This document shows, piece by piece, positions 10,614-22,400 of a stretch of DNA of 64,000 nt (position 1 is the first letter of the stretch; each line of letters opens with the position of its first letter). The DNA comes from an archaeon (GTDB taxonomy: Archaea > Nanobdellota > Nanobdellia > Pacearchaeales > GW2011-AR1): NCBI GenBank assembly GCA_018651605.1, contig JABIDS010000003.1:26342-90341 (forward strand), read 5' to 3'. The notes beneath the pieces were generated by a model. It worked only from the letters and a program-made list of their open reading frames with translations, was not told the DNA's origin and made no database searches. The translations under genes and the position numbers were made by a program.

Positions 10614-12578
10614 ATGAAAACAAAAACAATCTCACTAATTTTTTTACTTTCAATCTTCCTAATTTTATCAACAATTATAATTAACGCAGAATTTTATGAA
10701 AGATATCCTGAAGGCACAACACCTCCAACAACTACAGAAGCTTTTGAAGAAGACATAAATGAAGAACAATCAATAACAGAAAAATTAAACCTACAAGGAG
10801 AAAACAAAGCAACAGCAACCAACATTAAAATCCAAAGAGACTCAACAACTAACAACTTAAACAAAATAACTTTCACAGGAGAAGGAAATTCAATAACATT
10901 AGAAACAAAAGGAAAAGACAATACTTACAAACATACCTATTCAAATCTAAAACCCGTAGGAGACAAACCACCAGAACTTTACATAGATGAAAATGGAAAA
11001 ATCCAAGAAGCATCTTTCACATTATCAGAAAAACAAACCATTGTTCTAGGAAACGAAATATTAAAAGACCTTCCAAAAGGAACTCAGGTGGAATATAAAG
11101 ACGGAATAGCAACAATAACTTATCCAAAAAATTCAGAGATAAATTTGCCAAAAGAAACAATAGATAAAGAGCCAGGAGAATCAACATTTTATTTCCAATA
11201 CAAAGATAGCAATGAATTCACATTACCAAATGGAGATAAAATTTACACAACACAATTAGGTTCTAAAAACAGAAAATTATTTTTTGATTCAACTGAAGCA
11301 AGAATAGGAGACGACATAGAAATAAAAAACCCAAATAAAGTTAAAACATATTTAGATTTTGAAGGCAAACCAAATTTAGATCTTCCAGAAGCTTACATCT
11401 CAATAAACAGAAAAGAAAAAGCAATGACAGTAGGAATGAACACAAAAGGAGAAGGCCCATCATTTTTAATAAAATCAGAAAGCGATTTTGCACCAGACTT
11501 AAATGGAGAAAAAGATCACCTAGCAATACAACCCTACAACCAAGAAGGAGAAAAATCATACTTGTATATAAAAAATAGACAAACATCAAATAAAATTACA
11601 AGAGCAGTTTCTTTAAACGGAATAAGATTAAACACCAACGGAGTTTCCCCATACTTTGATGTTGAAAAAGGAAAATTTTTAGTAAACCTAAAAGGTAACC
11701 TTGTTGAAGGATTCCAAGGCTCTGAAGGTTACATACCTCTTCAATTAGAATCCTATAAATCAAAAGATAATGATTACAACAATTTAGTAAAAGTCCTAAA
11801 AAACGACAACTTAATGATTGTAGATAATAACGGAAGAGTCGGATTCGGCCCAGACCCTGACTTCATTTCAGTTAAGGCAGCAACATATTCAAAAAAATAT
11901 GGAGAAAAAGGATTATACAAAGGAGTCTCACAATGGCTATCTTATAATGCCCCTCCAACTATTGAAACATTTGAAAGATTCACAGGAATAGATATAAACG
12001 ACAGAGTAGGGATTCCACCAGAAAGAATAAGAATGTTAATGGATGTATTTGCAAGTGTTCCAAGAGGCGCATTAAAAAGTGTAAAAACTTTAAATATTGC
12101 AAATCATTGGGCAGGATGGGCAGGATTAGCAAGACCTACTGAAGTAAATTTACATTGGAGCAATGGAGGAGTTGACCCTGGAACTGCAATACACGAAATA
12201 GCCCATGTCCACGACATGAGAGTAGGTTGGGATTGGGGAAGAAGCAGATTTGAAAGACAATGGAATTCAGTAGGAGGTAGCAACGGACCTCACACTTATG
12301 ACTATGGATACACTAGCCGTGAAGACACATCAACATTTGCACAAATGATTTACAAAGACTACTGGAGTTCAGGAAGCGACAGATACACCTTTGGCTCATG
12401 GAAACAAGGACTAAGTCAAGACTATGCTTATCACAAAAAAATAAGAGCAAAACTAGCAGTATTTTACTGGAACGGATTTATAACAAAAGACCAAACAAAA
12501 AGAGTCTTCAATCAAGCAGGACTAGAATCAGACGACGATTCACTACTTAGATATTATAATGAGGCAAGAAACACTTAA
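10614..12578 (+). CDS. Large secreted protein with C-terminal putative zinc metallopeptidase
   Basis: Signal peptide; DLPKGTQVEY stalk motif; AIHEIAHVHD (HExxH) with downstream YGYTSRED acidic ligand candidate. Confidence 0.75.
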   Translation: MKTKTISLIFLLSIFLILSTIIINAEFYERYPEGTTPPTTTEAFEEDINEEQSITEKLNLQGENKATATNIKIQRDSTTNNLNKITFTGEGNSITLETKGKDNTYKHTYSNLKPVGDKPPELYIDENGKIQEASFTLSEKQTIVLGNEILKDLPKGTQVEYKDGIATITYPKNSEINLPKETIDKEPGESTFYFQYKDSNEFTLPNGDKIYTTQLGSKNRKLFFDSTEARIGDDIEIKNPNKVKTYLDFEGKPNLDLPEAYISINRKEKAMTVGMNTKGEGPSFLIKSESDFAPDLNGEKDHLAIQPYNQEGEKSYLYIKNRQTSNKITRAVSLNGIRLNTNGVSPYFDVEKGKFLVNLKGNLVEGFQGSEGYIPLQLESYKSKDNDYNNLVKVLKNDNLMIVDNNGRVGFGPDPDFISVKAATYSKKYGEKGLYKGVSQWLSYNAPPTIETFERFTGIDINDRVGIPPERIRMLMDVFASVPRGALKSVKTLNIANHWAGWAGLARPTEVNLHWSNGGVDPGTAIHEIAHVHDMRVGWDWGRSRFERQWNSVGGSNGPHTYDYGYTSREDTSTFAQMIYKDYWSSGSDRYTFGSWKQGLSQDYAYHKKIRAKLAVFYWNGFITKDQTKRVFNQAGLESDDDSLLRYYNEARNT

Positions 12579-12579
12579 A

Positions 12580-13188
12580 ATGAAAAACCAAAACATAATA
12601 ACAATAATTCTAACAATCCTATTAGCAATTACCTCAATCACCGCAACCCCTCTTTACTACAACATCCACCTACAATCACAAAATCAAGAGATAACAATAA
12701 TCTCAATAGACATAGAATTCAATCAACAAAATCCTGAAAATTTCTACAACCCTATAATAAACACACAAATTTTAGAACTTCAAGATTTCAACAACAAACA
12801 ATTACTAAAAACAAACTTCACAATCCCAAATATAGAAATCTCTGACAACTTAAACAACAAAACAAATCAATTCATATCAGGAGATACAACAACCCTAAAC
12901 CAAACAACATTCAACATCTACATCCCCTACAATAAAGACGCAAAACAACTAAAAATCTACAACCAAAACAACCAAGAATTAACAACAACCTCTCTAGCAC
13001 ATTTCTCAACAAATCCTCAAGCAAAAAACCATATAGATAAAACAATCCCAACACAACAAGAAACAACAGAAACCCAAACAAAAACAAAAACACAACAACC
13101 CAAACAAAACTACATCTGGATAATTCTATTAATAATCCTAATTATTTTAATAATAATCCTTCTAATCACAATCAGAAAAAAGAAGTAA
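12580..13188 (+). CDS. Secreted protein with C-terminal membrane anchor
   Basis: ATG at 12580 coupled to upstream TAA; signal peptide; Thr/Gln linker, TM helix, RKKK tail. Confidence 0.75.
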   Translation: MKNQNIITIILTILLAITSITATPLYYNIHLQSQNQEITIISIDIEFNQQNPENFYNPIINTQILELQDFNNKQLLKTNFTIPNIEISDNLNNKTNQFISGDTTTLNQTTFNIYIPYNKDAKQLKIYNQNNQELTTTSLAHFSTNPQAKNHIDKTIPTQQETTETQTKTKTQQPKQNYIWIILLIILIILIIILLITIRKKK

Positions 13189-13240
13189 CCAAAGGTATAC
13201 CAAGGTTTATAAACCCAAAAATCTCACAGATATTGAGAAA

Positions 13241-13756
13241 ATGACAATATTTAACACATTATCAAAGGCAACAACAACAGGATTAGTAGCACTTGTATTA
13301 GGTACTCAACCTTCTCAAGCTATAGAACCACAAGCACAATCAACATATACACAAGCCCAATATGAATCAGATTTAGTATATATCCAAGATCAACTAGATT
13401 CTAAAAAAACAAAACAAAAAACAATTCCAAAATCAGAATTAATGTACACTCAAAAAGAATTTGAAAAAGCATTTAAAAAACCAAGAACCAATTCAACCCT
13501 TTTAAGAAAAGCAGAACTAATGCATAAAAACCCTAAACAAACTTTCAACTATCTTTCCAAAGAACAACAAAAAAAAGTCACAAGATTCTGCACATCATTA
13601 CAAACTTCAAAAGATAAAGGGCCTTTTGATGATATAATAAAACACGACCATAAAACAACATACCCATTCATAAATATCAAAAAACCAACAATAGCAGACG
13701 CACTAATAATGTATTTGCATGAAGAACACTTAAGCAAACAAAAACCTCTTAATTAA
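13241..13756 (+). CDS. Small secreted hypothetical protein
   Basis: Signal peptide ending PSQA; TTTATAAA box upstream. Confidence 0.65.
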   Translation: MTIFNTLSKATTTGLVALVLGTQPSQAIEPQAQSTYTQAQYESDLVYIQDQLDSKKTKQKTIPKSELMYTQKEFEKAFKKPRTNSTLLRKAELMHKNPKQTFNYLSKEQQKKVTRFCTSLQTSKDKGPFDDIIKHDHKTTYPFINIKKPTIADALIMYLHEEHLSKQKPLN

Positions 13757-15480
13757 TTTTCCTCAGGATTAATAGCGCCAATTCTTTCACCAAGCGCATT
13801 AACAAGAACCTCTACAAATTCCTTTGGATAAATTTCTTGCTTATGAAGCGGATCATTACCAAGATTATCTTTAAAACCTTCAATAGTCACTGTCCCAGGT
13901 TCACGACTACTATCAAATATTATCTTGGTTCCCTTTTCTAAATTACCCAAGGTCCCCTTTACTTTATCATAACTCATACTACCAATTAAACTTGCTAAGT
14001 TAAGAGATTCTTCAGAATATTTTAAAACAAAAGCACCAGCATTTCCAACTTCTCCAGCTTGTTCTGCAAATTCAGAAATCTTTTCAAAAACAGACTTTCC
14101 CTCATACCTTTCTGTCATTTTTTCCAAAGCCCCACTCCTATCAGATTTAAGAACACCTTGTACCTGTTCAGAAGTTAGAGGTCTTTTGAGCGTAAGTGTC
14201 ATTCTTTTACCATCTCCTTCAGACCCCAAAGAATAATCTGCCATTGGAACTTTAACCCCATGGAAATCTACTTTTAAAAGACCCTTTCCAGCTAAAACTG
14301 TTTCATCGCTATTAAATAAAAAAGTTCCAGCATCTTTTTCTCCAGATACACTATCTGCAGGAATCATTTCAACAAAAACCTTAGGTTTTAATCCTTCTTC
14401 TTCAGGAATCTCTACTACTTGATTATATTTATATTTCTGCAATCTAAAAACATTTTCAGAATCCAATTCATTAACAATTTTATCAACACTATGTTTAGCA
14501 TCCCTAACAGACCGAGGAAACTTAGTTTCATCCCCATCAAATTCGATTCTAATTCCTTCACTATTCTCCCCACTAACAAAAACATTAACTCCTGCATCTT
14601 TCAATCCTCTTCCACGCACTTCATCAAATTTTTTATCTAGAATAATATCCATTTGATTTTTACCATAAAAATCTGCATTAGTAATATCCCCCTTACTATA
14701 AAGCCGAGCATATTGTGTCGAATATTCATAATCAACAGCACCATTATCAAAAATAGCTAAGGTAGGAACATCATAAGCCCTGACACTTCCCAATCCAGAA
14801 TATTCTGCCTCAGCATTAGTTAAAACAGCTCTAGTTTCAGAAACAAAATCAACCAAACCATTTTTATCTTCAGAAGTCTGACTATAAGTTATTTTTCCTT
14901 GACTAACCATAGCCCCATTATCCAAACTAACAATTCCATTTTCTAAAACAACATCTCCAATCAAATCCCATTCAGCACCATCCAAAATACTTCCAGTATC
15001 ATAAAATCCATCAGCACCATAACCACCCTTATCAACACTCAAACTACCAACCTCTGATTGCCCCCTTTTAACCTCATAACTAAATCCCTTAACTTTATCA
15101 TATTTAATCCCCACCAAACCTCTCGGCAAATCACTCAAATCCAAAACAGCCCCACTCTCACCAATCAACTTATCTCCATCCCACCTCAAACCATCATCAC
15201 CCAATCCACTACTAGAAATTTCTTCACCCAACTTTTTCTTCAAAAGCGCTTTATTAAAATCCTCTCTCTGCTTTTGATTCAAATACTCAAACAATACCTT
15301 AGTATCATCAGCATACTCAACAAGTTTATCAACCGGAACATCAATCATCATATCAGAATAAACATACCATGACTCAGGATTATCAACATCAAAATCAGAT
15401 TCCGCACTAACATTAATAACATTAACAACTAAAACCAAAACCAAAAATACAAATAAATAATTCAATCTCCCTCTTTCCAT
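13753..15480 (-). CDS. Large secreted protein of the variable-tip family
   Basis: Signal peptide; GLRWDGDKL...LDLSDLPRGLVGIKY motif shared with the 19496 and 22956 genes. Confidence 0.75.
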   Translation of the reverse strand: MERGRLNYLFVFLVLVLVVNVINVSAESDFDVDNPESWYVYSDMMIDVPVDKLVEYADDTKVLFEYLNQKQREDFNKALLKKKLGEEISSSGLGDDGLRWDGDKLIGESGAVLDLSDLPRGLVGIKYDKVKGFSYEVKRGQSEVGSLSVDKGGYGADGFYDTGSILDGAEWDLIGDVVLENGIVSLDNGAMVSQGKITYSQTSEDKNGLVDFVSETRAVLTNAEAEYSGLGSVRAYDVPTLAIFDNGAVDYEYSTQYARLYSKGDITNADFYGKNQMDIILDKKFDEVRGRGLKDAGVNVFVSGENSEGIRIEFDGDETKFPRSVRDAKHSVDKIVNELDSENVFRLQKYKYNQVVEIPEEEGLKPKVFVEMIPADSVSGEKDAGTFLFNSDETVLAGKGLLKVDFHGVKVPMADYSLGSEGDGKRMTLTLKRPLTSEQVQGVLKSDRSGALEKMTERYEGKSVFEKISEFAEQAGEVGNAGAFVLKYSEESLNLASLIGSMSYDKVKGTLGNLEKGTKIIFDSSREPGTVTIEGFKDNLGNDPLHKQEIYPKEFVEVLVNALGERIGAINPEEN

Positions 15481-15567
15481 AAATCAATTTAGAAAATAGA
15501 TTATTTAAATATATCTTTGAAACAAAAACCACAAAAACTTTAAATACCTACTTAACATTACAACAAC

Positions 15568-16362
15568 ATGAAAAAAAGAGAAACCAAATTAAATTCTAAA
15601 AAAGCCCAAATTACAGTATTCATAATAATTGCATTAATCATCGTAGCTGTAGCAATAGCAACAATCTATTTCACAAAAATTCGTTCACAAGATACAATCA
15701 CAGACGAATACTTCTTACAAGAATCAATAAAACCCAAACTAGACAACATGCAATCAGCTATACTAAACTGCCTAGACCAAACATCATTAGACGCACTAAC
15801 AGTAATAGGAATACAAGGAGGATATTACAACGAACCCTCAAAATCTTTTGACCTAGGATGGGCATTCATGCCTTACTATTATAACCAAGGAACATTCGCA
15901 AAACCAACAACATCAGAAATAGAAACAGAACTCGGAGATTACATCAACGACAACTTAAAATTCTGCCTAGAAGAAATAGATCAAACAGACTTCACACTAA
16001 CACAAAAAACATCAAAAACAGAAGCATCAATAAAACCCGGAGAAGTAGAATTTGAAATCAACTCCCCAATAACAATAGAAAAAGAATCACACACCTTACA
16101 ATTCCAAACAAAAAAACACCCAACCACTAAACAATCATTACTTTACGAAATCTTAGAAGTTGCAGATTATATAACAGAATCACACAGAGATGACCCTGAA
16201 ATGATTTGTATAAGTTGCGTCGCTGACATGGCAGAAGAACGAGAACTCTATGTAGACATGCTAGACTTTGACGACGAAACAACAACCCTAATAGTAATTT
16301 CAGAAAACAAAACACAAGAAGAAGCTTATGTTTTTGAGTTTTTGAATAAATATTCTGTTTAA
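15568..16362 (+). CDS. Class III signal peptide (pilin-like) protein
   Basis: KKA|QITVFIIIALII; IQGGYY; CISCVADMAEE; ends FLNKY. Confidence 0.85.
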   Translation: MKKRETKLNSKKAQITVFIIIALIIVAVAIATIYFTKIRSQDTITDEYFLQESIKPKLDNMQSAILNCLDQTSLDALTVIGIQGGYYNEPSKSFDLGWAFMPYYYNQGTFAKPTTSEIETELGDYINDNLKFCLEEIDQTDFTLTQKTSKTEASIKPGEVEFEINSPITIEKESHTLQFQTKKHPTTKQSLLYEILEVADYITESHRDDPEMICISCVADMAEERELYVDMLDFDDETTTLIVISENKTQEEAYVFEFLNKYSV

Positions 16363-16367
16363 ATTTT

Positions 16368-16832
16368 TTATCTTCTAAAAAATAATCTTTTTCTAGAAAG
16401 AGAGTAAGTCCCTTGTTTTTGTTGAGATTCTTTTTTTAATTGAGGATTTTCAACAGGAAGTGGTAAAGGCAACTTCGAGTTATTTTTAGGAGATTCTCCA
16501 GTATATTGTTTTTCAAATTCTTTTGGATAATTATCTGCAATATTACTTAAAGATTTATAACCCTTAGTATTTACCTTAGGAACAAACAATTTAAAAAGAA
16601 CCCCAAAAAGCCCTCCAGAGTTAGTCAAACTTTTTTCTCTAATATGAGTTACAGAAGGATAATTTTTTAACTGAATATCTGAATCTAAAGGATTTTTAGA
16701 AAAGGATTTTGGAGGAGTATAAACTTGATTATCTTTTTGTTCAGCAGAATAAACAGAGCCAATTTCTCCAAAAGGCAAATATAAACTTGCTACAATAAAA
16801 CTAGTGCAAGATATTTTTTTCAAACTATTCAT
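16368..16832 (-). CDS. Small secreted hypothetical protein with RKRLFFRR tail
   Basis: Open frame between two pilin-like paralogs; hydrophobic N-terminus. Confidence 0.6.
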   Translation of the reverse strand: MNSLKKISCTSFIVASLYLPFGEIGSVYSAEQKDNQVYTPPKSFSKNPLDSDIQLKNYPSVTHIREKSLTNSGGLFGVLFKLFVPKVNTKGYKSLSNIADNYPKEFEKQYTGESPKNNSKLPLPLPVENPQLKKESQQKQGTYSLSRKRLFFRR

Positions 16833-16936
16833 TTTATCTTATATTTCAAAAGACTTTAGACCTTATAACTTTTATGATGCTGAAAAACAAACAATTCTTA
16901 AGTTATATTTAAATACCTAAGATTCTAATACTAATC

Positions 16937-17761
16937 ATGAAAAGAGGACAAGTAGCAATATTCATCATCTTAGCACTAGTAGTCATCGGAGCAACAGCAG
17001 GAATAATCTATGTAAAAACTTCAGACAAAACAAGCAAACAAGACAGAGAATTCTTCGCATCCTTAGAAAATAAACCTTCACTAAACAGCATACAATCTTC
17101 AATAATAGATTGCTCAGAAGAAACCTCAAAACAAGCACTAGACACTATAGCAATCCAAGGAGGATACTACACCAAACCAGAAAACTCATTAGAACTAAGC
17201 ACAAGCTTCATCCCATACTATTACAACCAAGGAACAATCACACAACCATCAAAAACAAAAATAGAATCAGAACTATCTTCTTACATAAATGAAAACCTAA
17301 AAGAATGCATAAATCAAATAAACATCAACGACTTCAAAATAAACCAAAAATCTCCAGAAACAACAACAACAATTAACAAAGAAAACATTCAATTCACAAT
17401 AGACTCTCCAATAACAATAGAAAAACAAGACCATAAAATAATCTATGAACTAGAAGACAGCCCAGTAACAATTAACTCAGAATTAAACTCAATAATAGAA
17501 CTTGCAGAATATATCACACAATCACACAACCAAGATCCTGCAATGTATTGCATAAGTTGCGTCGCTGACATGGCAGAAGAAAACGACCTATACCTAGACC
17601 TAATTCCAATGGCAGACCAGACAAGCCTATTAATAATCTCAGAAAACCACACATCTTCAGAACCCTACTCATTCGCATTCCTAAATAAATATACAGGAGA
17701 TGAAAAATCACCAGATTTCACAGCAGGAAATCAAGGCAACATCCCACCAAAAGAAATATAA
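16937..17761 (+). CDS. Class III signal peptide (pilin-like) protein, close paralog of 15568
   Basis: MKRG|QVAIFIIL; near-identical DNA TG(T/C)ATAAGTTGCGTCGCTGACATGGCAGAAGAA at about 16208 and 17549. Confidence 0.85.
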   Translation: MKRGQVAIFIILALVVIGATAGIIYVKTSDKTSKQDREFFASLENKPSLNSIQSSIIDCSEETSKQALDTIAIQGGYYTKPENSLELSTSFIPYYYNQGTITQPSKTKIESELSSYINENLKECINQININDFKINQKSPETTTTINKENIQFTIDSPITIEKQDHKIIYELEDSPVTINSELNSIIELAEYITQSHNQDPAMYCISCVADMAEENDLYLDLIPMADQTSLLIISENHTSSEPYSFAFLNKYTGDEKSPDFTAGNQGNIPPKEI

Positions 17762-17762
17762 A

Positions 17763-19394
17763 ATGAAAACAAAAAATATATTCCTAATAACAGCATTAAT
17801 ATTACTCCTAGCAGGAAGTTTGGGGTTGGTGGTTGGGGCGCAAATTCCAGATTATGATCAATGGAAAAATGACATACAAAATGGTTTGGATAAATATATT
17901 AATGGAGAAGATTCTTCTCAATATCTAAACAGCAAATGGGAAAGCGCAGATAATTCAGAAAATCATCAAAAAAGTCTTTTAAACAATTTAAATACAGAAC
18001 AAACAAAAGCATTATGGGATAATTTAGAAAAAGAAAATAGGCAAACAATGTTTGATAACTTAGGATTACCTGAAAAAGTGGAACTTTGGGATGCGCATTG
18101 GGAAAATAATTTTAATACCTTAGAAGGAGATATATTCTCAAAAACCCAAAAGAACCGACAAGATTTATTAGACTCCCTAAAACCTTCACAAAAAGATACA
18201 ATGCTTAGTCTTATCGCTCAAAATAACAATCCCAGTCTTCAGGGAGAAGGTAAAGTAGATTTATCTCAAGGCATAACTGAAGACGCAAAAATAGAATATA
18301 AAATAGACGCAAATGGAGAAGAAAGTGTAGTCCTAACAGATAGCGAAGGAAAAAAACTCTCAGTTCAACTTTCAAACCTCCCAGAAACTTTAACTAATCT
18401 TAAAATAGAACTCGGATTAGGTAGTGGAGAGCTAAGTGTAATAGCAACAGATACTAATAAAAATAAAGTTGTTTTAAGAAACGGACATTCAATTAAAAAA
18501 ATACCAACAGAGAATCCAAACACAAATCAATGGCAAATAGTAGATGAAAATGGAAATCCTGCATTCATTGCTGATTTTGGTGATGCAACAGATGCTCAAT
18601 TTTTAGCAGGAAGTCCTGGAACTCACGACGGAATTCAATATCCAGACGCTTACCATATATGGGCAGAAGGACATGGAGGAGAAGGAAAGGGCGCTGAAAT
18701 GATAATAGAAAATCAGGATGGAACCGAAGTTAGAGTTTTCCCAGCCATAGGAGAGGATTATGCTTTCGCTAAAAAATTAGGAACACCAGAACAAAGAGTT
18801 TATAATGTTCAAGGAAACCTCATGACATCAGAGGGATTTAGTGCATATTCTGAAGGAAATGAAAATACTTTTAATTTTGGGACTACATATGGTTTGGAAT
18901 TAGATCTTACTGATAGCAAATATCAGGATATAATACATATTTTTCATTCAACAAATAATGAGGAAGGGGAAACAACTTGGACAATAACTCCAGGAAACAA
19001 TGTTGAAGATAGAGTATCATTTGCAGTAGTTGGTTCACTTGTAAATCAAGATAAATTCCAAGAAACAACTATAGGAGAAAATGAGGACTCATACACTTCT
19101 TACACATTCAAAGATAATCAGGATTATGTTCCAAGACAAAGAAGTGAATCCACTACTAAATCTTCAGCTGGAACAACAAGAGTAAGATCAAAAGATATAC
19201 CCTTAGATCTGGAAGAAGCTCTTAAGCAGATTATTCCAAACACTCCTGAAGAAACTACACAACCTCCAACAACTACTGTAGAAATAAACCCCCCTAATAC
19301 TTGTGGTCCAGATGAAAATTGTGGAGAAAGAAGAACATATACTCGAGGAAGATTATTTAGGAGGAGCAGTTGTGGTCCTGGTGGTTGCAATTAA
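17763..19394 (+). CDS. Large secreted protein of the variable-tip family
   Basis: Coupled ATG at 17763; signal peptide; VQLSNLPETL motif; tail RGRLFRRSSCGPGGCN. Confidence 0.75.
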   Translation: MKTKNIFLITALILLLAGSLGLVVGAQIPDYDQWKNDIQNGLDKYINGEDSSQYLNSKWESADNSENHQKSLLNNLNTEQTKALWDNLEKENRQTMFDNLGLPEKVELWDAHWENNFNTLEGDIFSKTQKNRQDLLDSLKPSQKDTMLSLIAQNNNPSLQGEGKVDLSQGITEDAKIEYKIDANGEESVVLTDSEGKKLSVQLSNLPETLTNLKIELGLGSGELSVIATDTNKNKVVLRNGHSIKKIPTENPNTNQWQIVDENGNPAFIADFGDATDAQFLAGSPGTHDGIQYPDAYHIWAEGHGGEGKGAEMIIENQDGTEVRVFPAIGEDYAFAKKLGTPEQRVYNVQGNLMTSEGFSAYSEGNENTFNFGTTYGLELDLTDSKYQDIIHIFHSTNNEEGETTWTITPGNNVEDRVSFAVVGSLVNQDKFQETTIGENEDSYTSYTFKDNQDYVPRQRSESTTKSSAGTTRVRSKDIPLDLEEALKQIIPNTPEETTQPPTTTVEINPPNTCGPDENCGERRTYTRGRLFRRSSCGPGGCN

Positions 19395-19495
19395 ACTATT
19401 CTCAAACCCTTCAACCACTACCAAACCCACCATTCTCCAACCCTCAAACCCCAAACCAACCCAATATTTATATACTACTTTTCCCAAATAATAAT

Positions 19496-22400
19496 ATGAA
19501 AAAAGGTGTAGAAAAAAAACCAATCCAAAAAGGAAATCTATTAAATATATTTTACATAATTAGTTTTATTTTAATCTTAACATCTTTAATTTTTGCACAA
19601 ACAACTAATCCTTGTGATAATCTAACTGGAGCAGAAAAAGCATATTGCGAACAAGGACAGAAATTCAAGGAAACATTTGAACAAGGAAAAATACCTAGTG
19701 AATCTCTACAAGAAACAATGATAGATAATTTTGATGATTTTTATAAGGGGTTTAAAACAAATCCAGAAAATTTTGAAACATTGTTTGAAAATTTTTATTC
19801 AACACATGCCGAAGGAGATTTACAAGGAGAACATTTAATAGTAGAAGATTTAAGAAATAAATTTTTACAAAAATTTCTTGAAGAAGGAGATAATGAAAAC
19901 ATTAAAAAATTAATTCAAGCAGGAGGGGATAATTATCGGAAAAAGAATCCTAGTTTTTTTGGAGATTCAACAGAATCAAGAATAAAGTATGTAGATATTC
20001 AAGGAAAAAATATTAAATTTGTTGGTAATAAACTTGCAAGAGTTGATGAAGAAGGAAATCCTATTTCATGGATTGATTTTGATAATATGCCTAGATGGAC
20101 AGATTCAGTTTCATATTATGAAGGAGAAAGAGAAGTTACTATCGGAGGAAAAAAAGAAATAGTTAATGACGCTTTTTTCATTCGTATAGATACCGGAAGT
20201 GCCCTCAAAACATTAATCGCTGAAAAGGGAAGCTTTGGAAATATTGCAGAAGCAATTGCTCCTGATGGAAGAACAATTGGATTAGATTTAGGAAGAGATA
20301 TCCAAAGCATTACACTTGAAGCAGGAGTGAGCCCTGCCGACGCAAAAGTTTCAATAAAATGGAAAGATTTAGATGGCAAACTCCATGAAGAAAAATTAGG
20401 AAAAGCCCAAATAGGAGAAGAATCATTCGCCTTTTTAGAAGGATTAAGTGGAAATGCAAAAGACGTTATCCAAGAAATGATGTCAGATTTAGATGGCATC
20501 GGACCAAAGATGGGAGAGGATTTAAACGAAGCTCTTGGAACAAATACAGGCAACAGAATTAGTTTCTCTTATGGAGGGGATTATGATAGCGAAGAAACAA
20601 TAATAATGGACTTTGATGAACAGGGAGATATGATAATTAAAGGAAGCGAAGGAGCTACAATCATTTCAACAGACTCTGCAGGAAATGTTAATGCTGAATT
20701 TAACCCTCTAAAAGAAGGACAAACAGGACACTCAGAAGGACCAGGACAATTTATCTTTGATAAATATGGAGATGTTAAAAAATACTCAAATGCAGAGATT
20801 AGCATCTATGAAGCAAATCAACACACTGCATCTCTTAGGACAAAAGGAAATGAATTAGAAGATGTAACAATAATCAGAAACACTTTTGTTGATGCAGTAA
20901 TGCGGGGAGATTATAACAGGTTAGTTAGGGAAGTAGGTTATGATGTTGAAGATTTAATTGATGAGTCTATGTCAAATTATCTCCCAAGTGAAATTAAAGC
21001 AAGGATTGCAGAAAAAATAAAAAAATATCTCGACGACCCAAACCTAGGTCCTGAAATGAAAAAAGCCCTAATTAAAAGCTATGATTCTGTTCTATCAACA
21101 TTACAAGAACAAAGCTCATCCATCGCAAATGATTTTTTAACAAGATATTCCAACACCAATCAAGAAGTTATAGAAGACCTTAAAAGACATTTTGTAAATC
21201 AAATGACAGATAAGGCTCAAAGTATAGGAAGAGAAGTTATCGGAGAAATTTTACAAGACCCTCAACAAGTTAGAGATATCTTAGAAGGAGATTCTTCAAT
21301 TTTAACAAGAATTCAAAAAGACATTAATGCAGGAGATTACGTTGAAGGAGTTGTAGGTTCAGATATTTATCAAGAAATTAAAAACACCTTAGAAGAATTC
21401 CAAAGAGCTGGGATAATTGATAGCACAGGTTCTATTAGCACCACCACTACTGCAAGAAATACTGCAATAAGCCAAATAACAGATAGTTTAGTCCAAGATA
21501 TCTCAGGAAATTATCAAACCATTACTACTTCAAGTAGTGCAAGTATAAGTCAAGGAGATATAGATATAGATTCTCTTTTTAGTGAATATTTAGTAGGTGC
21601 TAACGCACCATTAGAAGTTGCATTTGCAGGATACTTAGAACAGGTTCAAAAAGGAGATGTTAGCTTTCAAGTTTTAGATAAGAACGGAAATCCATTAACA
21701 TCAAAAGAAACAGCTAAGAGGGCAATGGGAATTTTCGAAGATGCCCAGAAATATATCACAGAACAGAAGAACGAATTTAAAGAAAAATTAATTGCAGATT
21801 TCGCTAAAAACAAAAGAACAGGACAAGTTTTAGATGTTCAAGCAAAAGAGTTTTATGTAAATGGTGGAAACGGAGGAATTTTTAATGCAAATACTGGTTT
21901 CAGAAAAATAAGTGTGAATAATCAAGACAAAGATAGTTTCCAGATTTTTAGTAATGGAGAAGAAGTTGCAAGAGTCCAAGGAAAAAATACTTATTTTTCT
22001 AGAATTGTAGACAGTCATCAATATGTCCCAATAGAAGAAATAGTCAATGAAAATTCAGGACACCAATTAAAGTTAGCTTCATCTTCAGATCCTTTAACTA
22101 GGGGAGATTATAGTATTTATGATGTGAATAGATTAGCCACAAAAACTGCGCGTATTCAAGCTTATGTTAGGGAAGATGACGGATTTTTAGGAAGAAGGTG
22201 GGGAAGAGGGCTCGGACCTAGGGGAGCTTGGCAACATCCAATTGTTGGAACAACCATAACTGCTCCAGAAGGCTCAGATATTGGTGCAGATCCAAATTCA
22301 AAAATAGAAATTTATGATTTAACAGATCAAATGTCAGGTATTTTGGGAGGAAGAATAAAAGGAATGGTTAGGGATATGATTGTTCCAGTAGGATGGCCAA

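Noticed and set aside
16208-17581. Near-identical 33-bp segments in two pilin-like genes as a DGR template/variable repeat pair
   Set aside because: Both copies are coding, the mismatch is T/C rather than adenine-specific, and no reverse transcriptase is present; ordinary paralogy explains it
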